Assembly: GCA_964619725.1 (NCBI GenBank)
Contig: CAZUFC010000024.1
Location: 14,350-78,349 of the forward strand
DNA length: 64,000 nt
Source of the DNA: an uncultured bacterium
Lineage (GTDB): Bacteria; CSSED10-310; CAZUFC01
Reading direction: 5' to 3'
Positions 63,908-64,000 of the stretch are shown here, one piece after another (within the stretch, counting starts at the first letter, position 1; each line of letters starts with the position of its first letter). Below the pieces are notes generated by a model, which saw nothing but the letters and a program-made list of their open reading frames with translations, had not been told where the DNA came from and did no database searches. The position numbers and the translations under genes are program-made.

Positions 63908-64000
63908 GTTTTTGTCCATAAACGGCGAATTTTTCCCAATATTGCGTCTGTCTTCGGATTTGCTCAGTCAAAGTATAAGCGCCGCCCCTGCCTCGCAAAT
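63908..64000 (+). mobile_element. Third, more diverged type A MITE copy (runs off window)
   Basis: GTTTTTGTCCATAAACGGCGAATTTT...GGATTTGCTCAGTCAA...CCTGCCTCGCAAAT. Confidence 0.85.

Overview
A 64 kb chromosomal segment from a diderm bacterium, probably an anaerobe (beta-barrel OMP, lipoprotein, many Fe-S and B12 radical SAM enzymes). The lineage cannot be fixed from sequence alone. In order along the window: (1) the start of a T2SS/type IV pilus operon with an unusual three-headed GspG-like pseudopilin; (2) tRNA-Leu(CAA); (3) a six-gene Tad-like operon (FHA-CpaF ATPase, TadB, TadC, two membrane FHA/TPR proteins, TPR lipoprotein) that resembles the Kil contact-dependent killing apparatus of Myxococcus; (4) the core block rplM-rpsI-rpsB-tsf-pyrH-frr-uppS-cdsA-dxr-ispG; (5) two tandem secreted collagen fibres with S74 intramolecular chaperones; (6) a large M14 peptidase and a truncated protein sharing a Pro/Thr linker and an unnamed C-terminal domain; (7) a GlpA-like oxidoreductase trio and a hybrid kinase; (8) a ~15.6 kb minus-strand operon of GT-C/GT2 glycosyltransferases, three radical SAM enzymes, a Thr-type sulfatase-fold enzyme and an acyl-CoA ligase, running into folK-panB-panC; (9) pseudogenes, recJ and a TMTC-like GT-C/TPR protein. 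Several palindromic MITE/REP-like elements, some with apparent target duplications, lie in the intergenic regions. All calls come from reading motifs by eye; no searches were run.
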